Below are positions 9,106 to 17,811 of a stretch of 18,351 nucleotides of DNA, piece after piece; the first letter of the stretch is position 1, and each line of letters begins with the position of its first letter. The notes under the pieces were generated by a model. It was not told where the DNA came from. It did no database searches and saw nothing but the letters and a program-made list of their open reading frames with translations. The stretch is from Carpediemonas membranifera BICM. Taxonomy: Eukaryota > Protista > Fornicata. Both the position numbers and the translations under genes were made by a program. Location: contig JAHDYR010000026.1 of NCBI GenBank assembly GCA_019828565.1, positions 1-18,351 on the forward strand. The letters run 5' to 3'.

Positions 9106-12100
9106 GCCGACAGGTCTGACAAGAGCGGGAAAGAGCACGACAACAAGGTCAGCACGGAGGTCAAGACAGCCTTTCTCCAGGGCCTCGCCTCCCCAAACGC
9201 CACGACCACAGCATATCTGGTGGGCGAGGGCTCTATCAACCGCGTCACGGCGGCAAAGCCTGTCACCGCCATGCTAGATGAGGCACGGGAGGCCCTCGGC
9301 TCGCTGCAAGCGGATTTGATCCGTATCGAGCCGCTGCTGCGACCAGTATCGTCCGACACGGCCCCAGAGCGACCACCCAGCTCGGACCCCGTACTCGCAC
9401 CACCCCCGCCGAGAACGACGGGCGGAAAGTGCGCGTTCCACCTGACCGCACACCTGACGAAAGACTGCAACATTGTCAAACAGCTCCGCGTTGACCCTAG
9501 CAAGCTGAAGAATAAGCAGTTGACCGACCACTACCGAGTGTGCGATAAGCAAGGCAAGACAGTCATGCCCGAGGTCAAGAAGGAGGCCGAGAGGCGCAAT
9601 CTCGCCCTCCCTGGCATTGCACGCAACCGGGAGGCTCGTGATGCTGATAAGCCCATGTCATACGTGCCGGGAGTCGCAACCGAGCCCCTATTGGACAGCC
9701 TACCGGATACTCCGACGAACCGATATCGCGCAGTGATGCGCACGCAGCGGAACGGCCCACCACTGGTCGTGTCACTCGACACAGGTGCTGAACAGTACCC
9801 CATATTGATGCGCCCGGATGCTGCCGCCTACCTCTCCCTCGAGGTGAAACCAGCCTCAGGCCCTGTCAACGGCTGGAGAGATGTCCACGGCGAGTATGTG
9901 GGCACAGCACAGCTCACTCCCATCATCTCAGAGCCATACTTCGACATTCCGGTCCGAGCCTCGACCGAGCTGACCGCCTATATTGTCAACGACCTGCCCG
10001 TAGCAGTCCTCTACGGCACCGTAGCGCTTCGCGCGGTGGGCCTCGACTTTGGCCACAACAAGGCAACACCTGTTGATACGCCCGCGCTCTTTGAGCCGGC
10101 AGACTTCCATGAGCTCGCCCAGATGTACACCGCGTCTGGCTCGCAGGAGCTCCCCACAGTCCATCGAGAGAACCTGGGGGACCTGGCCGACGACTTCGAC
10201 GAGCTGGTCCGCAGTTTCGCAGACGTCTTTCACCCTATCCACCAAGACGGCGCAGATATCGCTCCGTATGACATCCAGCTGCGTGCTGATGCCAAGCCGT
10301 CCGCCATCGTCCGCCCGATGAGGTCGAAGGGGCACAAGGACGCCATGGACTACTTCATCAAGGAGATGACAAAGAACAACATCATCTCGACGACCGACGA
10401 TCACCTGGACTGGCTATCTCCCGTCTTTATGACGAGCAAGCCGGCGGCAGACCCGCCTTTCCGCCCAGTTGTTGACTACCGGCCGCTCAACGCTGCCACG
10501 GAGCCCCTCGTGTACACCATGCCCACGGCCGAAGAACTGTACGAGCGGTGCAGAGGCGCTGAGATCTTTGCCGTTTTTGATCTCACATCTGGTTTCCACC
10601 AAATGTCACTGACCCCGGAGGCGTCTCGTCTCACGGGCTTCGAGCACGAGGGTCGCCGCTACGTGTTTAATCGCCTCCCATTTGGACTGATGAACGGTCC
10701 CATGGCGTTCCAGCACCGTATGGACGACATCCGCCGGCGTCACAACCTCAAGTGCCTCGCGTTCATCGACGACCTCCTCTGCTACGCAGGGAGAGCAGAG
10801 AGCCTCCTCGAAGCGCTCAAGGAGCTCTTCACGGCACTCCGACTCCACCGTGTCCGCCTCTCGGCACGCAAGTCGCACATCGGCCTTCTTGAGGTCCGCT
10901 ATCCGGGAGCGATTGTATCTGGCACCGGCGTACGCATCGACCCGGAGCGCCTGTCCTCCCTGGACACCCTCCGCACGCCTCAAACTGCGAAGGAGGCTGC
11001 CCATATTGTCGGAATATTCGGCTTCATCCGCCGTCACATCCCTGATTTCATCCGCCTAGCTGATCCGCTCGAGCGCCTCAAGCGTGGAGAGCCGGTATCC
11101 AAGGCCGACGCCTCGGCAGCACTGTCCGCACTTCGCGACACTGCAAAGAAGGCCGTCGAGCTGGCCCACTTCGATCCCGCGAAACCAATCGACCTCTACA
11201 CTGATGCGTCAACAATCGGGATCGGCGCTGTTCTGCTCCAGGACGGCGCCCCACTGGCCTTTTTCTCGCGTCGATTCGACGCAACTCAACGCAACTGGAA
11301 GATCGTGGAGAAGGAGATGTTCTCCGTCTACGCGACATGCGAGCGGTTCGACTCCATCCTGGGAGGGACCCCGACGATACTACACACTGATAACTCATGC
11401 CTGGTGTTAATGGTGACCAGCGCGACGCCGAAAGTGGTCCGCTGGGCGCTCGAACTCGCTAGATTCCCGATCATCGAGATCTGCCATGTCCCGGGTCTGA
11501 CAAATTCAGCCGCGGACGCACTGAGCCGTCTGCCGGTGATTATGTCGATCCCGGAGTCAGGCTCACTGACGGACGAGCAGAAGCGGGAGCGCTTCCTCTT
11601 TGTCCACCTGCGTCACCACGCCGGGGTGGACACGTCCATCCATCTGCTCCAGGTCGCTGGTCTGGACTGGCCCGGCTCCCGACCTGACGTCCAGCGCTTC
11701 GTCCAGGGCTGCATCACGTGCCAGCGCGACCGCGCCGTCCCAGACGTGGCCTACAACCCGGCAGGCTTACCGCCAGCCCGACCTCTAGCCACTCTCTACA
11801 TCGACTCGGTGGGCCCCATCGCCCCGGCCGACGAAGGCTACGAGTACATCATGACGTGCGTGGACTCCACCACTCATCTGACCCACCTCATTCCGCTGAA
11901 AACTTTAACTCCCAGAGAGACAATCGAGGCCATCCGCACCAACATCATTGGGCGGTGGGCTACGCCCGACACCATCGTGACGGACTCTGGCGGACAGTTT
12001 AAGAACGCGGAGTTCGATCGTTTCACCGCTACATACGGCATACATCACCACATCACCACGCCACAGCGCCACGAGGCCAATGGGCTGGTGGAGAGATTTA

Positions 12101-12906
12101 ACCGCGAGGTTAACAAGCATTTGCGCATCGCAGTGTCCACTCTCCTCGATTCTCCACGCACACACTGGCGTTCCGCCGTGATGACCGCGGAGGTCAACAT
12201 TAACGCGACTCCTTCGCGAATCTTAGGCAATAAGACACCCAGGGAGGCCGCACTAGCCGCCGCGCTGGCCTTCCACCAGGTTAAGCGCGCTGAGCCGTCC
12301 ACGTCTGAACCAGTCACTCCTGAGACCCAAGAACAGGCCGCCGCCGTCCTTGCGCGTATCCAAGAGCAGCAGCTCGTCAGGAGGGGGAAGAAAGACGAGC
12401 TCTATCCTGTCATTGGGTCCAAGGAGCTCCATCCTGGCAACTGGGTCCTCGTCAAGCGAGACAAGCCCATTCCACGCATGGAGTACGCCATGAGAGGCCC
12501 GTACCACGTCATCCGCCAGCTCGGCAACGGCACCTACGAGATCCAGAATCCCACCACCAGGGTCATCATCGTCAGACACGCCAACCGTCTCGCCAAGCTG
12601 CAGCACCCCCCGGGTTCCATCGATGAGGCTCGTAAGATGTTCGAGTCCGACAACACCTGGAAGACGGTCGACCATGTGGTTGACTGGCGCTCTCACCCCA
12701 CGACCCACGAGCCGACCTGCATGCTCCGCTGGCTCGGGTTTGAGCAGGACGAAGACTCCGAACTGCCCCTGAGTGAGGTCCGCACTCTTGATGCTCTCTT
12801 GAAGTATCGCGACCTTCACCCGCAGTTCGACAAGGCCTGCAAGCGCTTCGAAAGCGCTCATCCGGGCAGGAACTCGCGTCCACGCGCTCGCACTCCTCGT
12901 CGTTAG
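9097..12906 (+). CDS. pol: Gag C-terminus plus Pol polyprotein (protease, RT, RNase H, integrase, chromodomain)
   Basis: Frame open from 9097: KTAFLQGL, knuckle CAFHLTAHLTKDC, protease LDTGA, RT FDLTSGFHQ / LPFGLMNGP / FIDD, RNase H YTDAS / EKE / HTDN / ADALSR, integrase HHCC plus D-D-E (IDSVGP, VTDSG, VERFN), GPY, chromodomain VDHVVDWR..LRWLGFEQDEDSELP. Confidence 0.97.
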   Translation, partial: FVFADRSDKSGKEHDNKVSTEVKTAFLQGLASPNATTTAYLVGEGSINRVTAAKPVTAMLDEAREALGSLQADLIRIEPLLRPVSSDTAPERPPSSDPVLAPPPPRTTGGKCAFHLTAHLTKDCNIVKQLRVDPSKLKNKQLTDHYRVCDKQGKTVMPEVKKEAERRNLALPGIARNREARDADKPMSYVPGVATEPLLDSLPDTPTNRYRAVMRTQRNGPPLVVSLDTGAEQYPILMRPDAAAYLSLEVKPASGPVNGWRDVHGEYVGTAQLTPIISEPYFDIPVRASTELTAYIVNDLPVAVLYGTVALRAVGLDFGHNKATPVDTPALFEPADFHELAQMYTASGSQELPTVHRENLGDLADDFDELVRSFADVFHPIHQDGADIAPYDIQLRADAKPSAIVRPMRSKGHKDAMDYFIKEMTKNNIISTTDDHLDWLSPVFMTSKPAADPPFRPVVDYRPLNAATEPLVYTMPTAEELYERCRGAEIFAVFDLTSGFHQMSLTPEASRLTGFEHEGRRYVFNRLPFGLMNGPMAFQHRMDDIRRRHNLKCLAFIDDLLCYAGRAESLLEALKELFTALRLHRVRLSARKSHIGLLEVRYPGAIVSGTGVRIDPERLSSLDTLRTPQTAKEAAHIVGIFGFIRRHIPDFIRLADPLERLKRGEPVSKADASAALSALRDTAKKAVELAHFDPAKPIDLYTDASTIGIGAVLLQDGAPLAFFSRRFDATQRNWKIVEKEMFSVYATCERFDSILGGTPTILHTDNSCLVLMVTSATPKVVRWALELARFPIIEICHVPGLTNSAADALSRLPVIMSIPESGSLTDEQKRERFLFVHLRHHAGVDTSIHLLQVAGLDWPGSRPDVQRFVQGCITCQRDRAVPDVAYNPAGLPPARPLATLYIDSVGPIAPADEGYEYIMTCVDSTTHLTHLIPLKTLTPRETIEAIRTNIIGRWATPDTIVTDSGGQFKNAEFDRFTATYGIHHHITTPQRHEANGLVERFNREVNKHLRIAVSTLLDSPRTHWRSAVMTAEVNINATPSRILGNKTPREAALAAALAFHQVKRAEPSTSEPVTPETQEQAAAVLARIQEQQLVRRGKKDELYPVIGSKELHPGNWVLVKRDKPIPRMEYAMRGPYHVIRQLGNGTYEIQNPTTRVIIVRHANRLAKLQHPPGSIDEARKMFESDNTWKTVDHVVDWRSHPTTHEPTCMLRWLGFEQDEDSELPLSEVRTLDALLKYRDLHPQFDKACKRFESAHPGRNSRPRARTPRR

Positions 12907-12922
12907 TGCCGGTTCGGCCTCT

Positions 12923-12931
12923 GGAGGGGAA
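12923..12931 (+). promoter_or_regulatory. Polypurine tract (plus-strand primer)
   Basis: GGAGGGGAA directly abutting the TG of the 3' LTR. Confidence 0.9.
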
Positions 12932-12985
12932 TGTAGCGATCATTAAAGTGCACCCCCGATCACTCGGAAGTCTACTGAGACTACA
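12932..12985 (+). repeat. 3' LTR (54 bp)
   Basis: Identical to 8312-8365. Preceded by the PPT and followed by the TSD. Confidence 0.96.
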
Positions 12986-12990
12986 GAGAC
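12986..12990 (+). repeat. Right target-site duplication GAGAC
   Basis: Matches 8307-8311. Confidence 0.95.
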
Positions 12991-13094
12991 GAGATTTCCT
13001 TAATCTGCACGGAAAGAACAAGGCGGAGTTGCCGAACAAACGGTAGTTTATGCACAACCGTTTGTTAGCCCGAGATACTCCTCTCATCCCGGCC

Positions 13095-14126
13095 TCACAG
13101 CCCAGGCATGGGCGGCATGAAGTCGTCCGCGGGTGGCGGCGGCGGGGCCTCGGGGGGCGCAGTCTCAGCCGCCTCCGCAAGCCATGGGTGGGCGACAACA
13201 TCGCCCACGCCGTCGATGTCGTCGAGGAAGGCGTCGAGGTCCTTGTCGGCATCAACCTCCTCCTTGAGCACGACGTCCTTGGTGACCGACGGGGCGTAGC
13301 GGCAATCCTCCGAGTTGTGCTGGCCACCGCAAAACCGGCAGGCAAGGAAGTTCTTCGTCCCGTTCATCGCTGCAAGCATTCTCAGCTGCGCCTGCTTGAG
13401 CTCGGGGTCCTCAATGACTTCCCAGATCATCCGACGGGCCCGGAGCACCTGGATGATAGTGTCACCTTCTATAGCCACATGCAGCTCCTCGTCCGTCTCT
13501 GCCCGGCCTGCCCCGTCGTTACTCGCACCCTGGCCTCGTACGGAGATCTTCGTCCCAGATTCAGCTTCCATGGCCTTGAGGGTCGCCCCCTTCGGTCCGA
13601 TGATCTGCCCGGAGTAGTTCATATCGGGGTGCTGGGCTTGGACGGAGCCAAGCATGACCTTGGTCCGGATCTTGTCGGGCCGGTTGATGCGGTTCGATGG
13701 GACAAAGAAGAGGTGGTTGGTGGTCATCGCTTGCTCTATGGTCTCATGCATCCAGTTAGTGAGTGCTTCAGAACCTCTAGCGGTGCCCTGCATCGAGTTC
13801 TTGAGCAAGTCGTCGAGGACAGCTGCCTCCTCATCGTACGACGTGATTACGCCATTTTCAAGCTTCTGAGCGATATCATGTACGCGAACGGTTGCTTCAA
13901 TTGCGCGGAGCTCATATTCCGAGAGTCCAGCGGGCAGGTTCGGCGGGATTTCACTTCCGATCTTGAATCCCGGTACCACTTCCTTCTGGGATGTATAGAA
14001 ATCGTCCTCCACATCAGTCCACCTAGAAAACTTAGGTTTGCTGAAATCAGTGAACTCAAACGGTGCTTCTGATGCAAACGAGGGAAACGCCATTCGTCTT
14101 CGCGCATAACCTGCGGCCGGCCGCAT
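13095..14126 (-). CDS. SF1: Splicing factor 1 / branchpoint-binding protein (start may be ATG 14093)
   Basis: ULM-like KPKFSRW, KH domain HPDMNYSGQIIGPKGATLKAMEAESGTKISVRGQGA..EELHV, QUA2 LKQAQLRMLAAMNGT, zinc knuckle CRFCGGQHNSEDC, Pro-rich tail. Confidence 0.92.
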   Translation of the reverse strand: MRPAAGYARRRMAFPSFASEAPFEFTDFSKPKFSRWTDVEDDFYTSQKEVVPGFKIGSEIPPNLPAGLSEYELRAIEATVRVHDIAQKLENGVITSYDEEAAVLDDLLKNSMQGTARGSEALTNWMHETIEQAMTTNHLFFVPSNRINRPDKIRTKVMLGSVQAQHPDMNYSGQIIGPKGATLKAMEAESGTKISVRGQGASNDGAGRAETDEELHVAIEGDTIIQVLRARRMIWEVIEDPELKQAQLRMLAAMNGTKNFLACRFCGGQHNSEDCRYAPSVTKDVVLKEEVDADKDLDAFLDDIDGVGDVVAHPWLAEAAETAPPEAPPPPPADDFMPPMPGL

Positions 14127-14337
14127 TATGCCGCGACAACCATGCCTAGAGGGGTAAGGTATTTGAGGGGGGCGGGTGTGACCGCTGAGGAACTAGCTAA
14201 GATCTTGCATGATAGATTCAGTGTGGCTTGTAACTGGAACTGATAAAACATTTACAAGGCAAAACACGCGCAATGCACGCATATCCTTGCTTGCATCGTA
14301 CCCTTCCCGGCCAATTGCCCGACCCCCGCGCTCAGCT

Positions 14338-14757
14338 CTACGCCGGCGCTCTGTTCTTGGCGGCGTTGGCCATGGCCTTCTTCTTTCCCTTGGCCAAGTA
14401 CGCAGAGTAGTCTCTCTGGGGCATCAGAGTGCCTGTAACGACCTCAATGTTGCCAGTAACCTTCTGAAGCTGCGTCGAGACGAACTCTGTGGGCAAACCG
14501 GCCATAGTCATCTCATCATGGACGCCTCCGTCCATTTCCACATCATCCTTGTCGTCTGGTGGAGGATGAATACCTTCATCTTCATTGGGTGGTGGCGGAG
14601 GTGCAGGAACATCGTAATCGTCCATTTCCGGGAGCGGTGATGGCGGTAGGTCTTGATAATCCAGCATGTCGTGTAACCTATCCTCTATAGGATACAGAGA
14701 CGAAGTTTTGTGGCCATTGCTTCCTCCTTGGCCCTGTTTGAAACTGCACCAGCTCAT
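14338..14757 (-). CDS. Small acidic/Pro-rich protein, possibly U4/U6.U5 tri-snRNP 27 kDa (SNRNP27)-like
   Basis: C-terminal EMTMAGLPTEFVSTQLQKVTGN...RDYSAYL loosely follows the SNRNP27 pattern MM.MMGF..F.STKGKKV.GN...R.YRQYM. Start uncertain. Confidence 0.45.
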   Translation of the reverse strand: MSWCSFKQGQGGSNGHKTSSLYPIEDRLHDMLDYQDLPPSPLPEMDDYDVPAPPPPPNEDEGIHPPPDDKDDVEMDGGVHDEMTMAGLPTEFVSTQLQKVTGNIEVVTGTLMPQRDYSAYLAKGKKKAMANAAKNRAPA

Positions 14758-15004
14758 TTGAACTCATTTATCGCACCCGTAAATCAACTCAACACTCAAT
14801 ATATCATTGCACATCACACACACCACGCCATACCTCATCCACAGAAGAAAGAATGCCACCGTGAAGTCGTACGAAGGGAACAGAGGCCTCAAAGGCTAAG
14901 TCGGCTATGATCCCTACCCTCCACCCAGCAGTCAACCGGTGTCGTTAAACAGTCGGAAAATGTGTTTTAAATCGCATATGTTATTGCGAGCTAGGTGACT
15001 AAGA

Positions 15005-15730
15005 CTACTCGAGAGTATCGAGAACCTCTTGCCATGATTCAATCCAGCCGTCAGCCTGAGCTCTGATTTCATCGCCGCGACCATAGTTGTCAGTAGTGAC
15101 ATCCTTCACGCCCACAGCCGCCATACCAGCGGCCCTCGCGCCCTGTATACCCTGGATCGTGTCCTCGAAGACGACAACATCGCCCGGATTGACCCCCATC
15201 TTCTCAGCAGTCGCGAGGTAGACATCGGGGGCGGGCTTGCCCTTATTCACCATACACGTGGTAGTGTAAGCATCGCCCACGGCCTTGCGCATCTCCGGGT
15301 AATGATCGAACATTGCGAGCAAGTAGTTCTTGCCCATGGCGGTGCTGTAGCCAAGAGGGACGCCACGTGAATGGAGGTAGGCAAGGCACTCGGACGCATT
15401 AGGCTTGAACTCCACGCGAGTGGCGTAGAAGTCGACAACAAGCTCGTCGAAGAGCGCCAAGCCCTGTTCGGGCGTGAGATCTGTGATGTTCAGCGTCTTA
15501 ATGTAGTATTGAACGATCTCAGGCATCGACATACCAGCGCACTTCTCTTCATTGTTTTCAGGCAAGTCCGCATGAGTTCTCCCGACCCGTTTGAGGTACG
15601 CAGTGTCCACATCGCGCCAAAAGCCAAGCGTTTCCGCCAGCGTCCCGTCTATATCAAATATAATACCCTTTGCAGACGATAAGATCTCTTTGAGCGTCCT
15701 ATTGTTTCGCGTTCCATCGTTCTTCTCCAT
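15005..15730 (-). CDS. HAD-superfamily phosphatase (subfamily IA variant 3, beta-PGM/CbbY-like)
   Basis: Motif I IIFDIDGTL, motif II YST, motif III KGKPAPDVY, motif IV VFEDTIQGIQGARAAGM. Likely start MEKND at 15730. Confidence 0.93.
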   Translation of the reverse strand: MEKNDGTRNNRTLKEILSSAKGIIFDIDGTLAETLGFWRDVDTAYLKRVGRTHADLPENNEEKCAGMSMPEIVQYYIKTLNITDLTPEQGLALFDELVVDFYATRVEFKPNASECLAYLHSRGVPLGYSTAMGKNYLLAMFDHYPEMRKAVGDAYTTTCMVNKGKPAPDVYLATAEKMGVNPGDVVVFEDTIQGIQGARAAGMAAVGVKDVTTDNYGRGDEIRAQADGWIESWQEVLDTLE

Positions 15731-15807
15731 GGCCCGTGTAGTGATTGCATTAAACTGCTCACCCTTGAATTTTAGAGCTCTACTGCCACAATAGCTATTA
15801 CGGCGAG

Positions 15808-16169
15808 ATGAAAGACCCTCCCAAACTACCCAAGACCGCCGATTTTGCCTCCTGGCATCAGCATTTACGGGATTACCGCTCCTATGTATTCGCCGAGACA
15901 AAAAGGCCCCTTTCCATGCTACAACCTGCTCTCCAACCTACCACTGTCGATTCTTTCCTTCCCATTTGGGATGCAAAGCAAACTTACGGAACCACCAATG
16001 TGCTGCGACAGAGCAAGAGAGAGAAGTGTGCAGTTTAAAAACGTCATCAGTTGATTAGCTCATAGGGCCACACTACACCAACACCACATTCGATTCCTTC
16101 GAGAAGTTCCAGATCTTCTGCTTAGATGAGGCTCATGCGTACGAAGCCAGCACTACCACGGCGCCCTCG
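15808..16169 (+). pseudogene. Possible decayed gag-like fragment
   Basis: PPKLPKTADFASWHQHLRDY resembles retroelement Gag N-termini. Broken by stops. Weak call. Confidence 0.25.
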
Positions 16170-16232
16170 TGTTGTTGTCACCTTTTATTATTGTTCGGTC
16201 CTGCTTGGTCCTTCGACACATTGGTGTCGTCA
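16170..16232 (+). repeat. Candidate ~51-bp 5' LTR (16170-16220) followed by TGG-type PBS (from 16222)
   Basis: TGT...ACA, then T-TGGTGTCGTCA, immediately before the gag-like frame. No partner LTR in the window. Confidence 0.45.
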
Positions 16233-17811
16233 AATAAATAGCGCTTCGCCACAACACTCGTCCACTCCAGACCCTTCCACCCTGGTGCGCGACCTACATG
16301 CTGAGCTAGAGGACGTCATCACCAAACTCACTGAGGTTAAGGCCCAGCTGAGTAAGCCCGACCTCGACAATACCCTCCGAGACCTTTTCGAGGCCAGCGA
16401 GGCCATGGCTACAGAACATTCTAAGATCGTGCTCGAGAAAATCAAGCTCTTCCAGGCACAGCACAATCCCACTACACCTACACCCACCAACCCCCACCGC
16501 AGTCCTCGAACGCCTCGAGCCCGACCCCGTCTGACGTCGAGGACACGCAAGAGACGGATGACGACCCGACCAAGTCTCCGCAGCATCGCCTGTACTGCCA
16601 GGCGGCGCGCATCGTCGCATACCTGACTTCAATGATGCGTGTGAGCCTTACGCTCGAGACAAAGCTCCGGGAAATGAACAGAGTCGCCCCTCGCCCATGG
16701 GACGACCTCACTTATGGCGCGGTGGCGCGCGTGCTCACCGAGCACCTTCGAGTTGTCGACCTGTACAACCTGGACCGGGACACCATGGCCCGTCGAAGGC
16801 TAAAGGACATCGTTTTCAGCCACGTCGCGATTGACCAGGAGAACTCCCGCCCGTATACTTATATCTACGGTGCCGACCACCGCAGACTCACCGAAGATGA
16901 CTCCCTCACAGTCACTGCCTTCATCCGCCGCACACTGGCTAAGGCCCGTGATTTCTTCGAGAAGGAGTCCATGTTTACAGCAGACCGCCTGGGTCAGCCC
17001 GATACTGGTAGCAAGCACCGTAGGCGCGGTCAACACCGCAACTCCCAGCCGGGAGCCGACTCGACGAGCGGCACGACCCGCGATAAGAAGACCGGGGAGG
17101 ACAAGGTCCACACTAACACCAACTCCTCCACCACCACCAAGGCTGAGCCATCGTCCGAGTCGAAGAAGTGCATCATCCACGGGACGGGGAGCCACTCCTC
17201 GCAGGAGTGCCACACTCTCCAGTCGCCTGCCTTCCCAGACAACGTACCAGAACGTCTCCTCGAGCGCACCGCACAGAAGCTCCAGGCTAGGCGTCTTCGA
17301 GTTCACGCGAGTGCTCTTCGGTTGGTGAACGCTCCCTCCCACTTTCAGTCAGTCATGATGAAAGTCCTGGGCGACCTCTTGTTCCACGGTTGCCTTGTCT
17401 ATATTGATGACGTTCTGATCACCGGATCGAACAAGGAGGAGTTTCTCGAGAACCTCACCGCTGCCCTGGAACGGCTGTCCTCACACCGCCTACGCCTGGG
17501 TCTCCCCAAGTGTGAGTTCGGCGTGACAAGCGTCGAGCATCTCGGACACGTGATATCGCGCACAGGCATCTCTATCTCGCCCGACCGACTCTCTGCTCTC
17601 GGCAGACTTCCGGTCCCTACAAGTGTCCGCCTGCTACGGTCGACCCTAGGCCTGATGAACTTCTTCAGGAAGTTCGTCAAGGACTACGCCGGAATCGCCG
17701 CACCCTTATACGAGCTGACCAACGGCTCGTCACAGCAACGCTTCACTCTCTCAGAGGAGGCGGAGAAGGCTTTCCACAACCTCAAGGACGCTCTGATCCA
17801 TGCACCCATCC
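16170..17811 (+). mobile_element. Decayed, internally deleted Ty3/gypsy element (gag fused to RT C-terminal half)
   Basis: Coiled-coil/gag region and knuckle CIIHGTGSHSSQEC, followed directly by GVFEFTRVLFG/LVNAPSHFQ, YIDD, KCEFG..EHLGH, LRSTLGLMNFFRKFV. Protease and RT N-half are missing. Truncated at 17811 by the non-LTR copy. Confidence 0.9.

Larger units (their letters stand above)
8312..12985 (+). mobile_element. Full-length Ty3/gypsy LTR retrotransposon with chromodomain integrase and 54-bp LTRs
   Basis: Identical TG..CA direct repeats, 5-bp TSD, PPT, gag plus pol in PR-RT-RH-IN-CHD order. Confidence 0.97.

Noticed and set aside
13050-14072. 340-aa plus-strand ORF and other long antisense ORFs (200-952, 4036-4713, 12253-12861, 12572-13345)
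   Set aside because: Shadow ORFs of GC-rich genes on the opposite strand, with no motifs.
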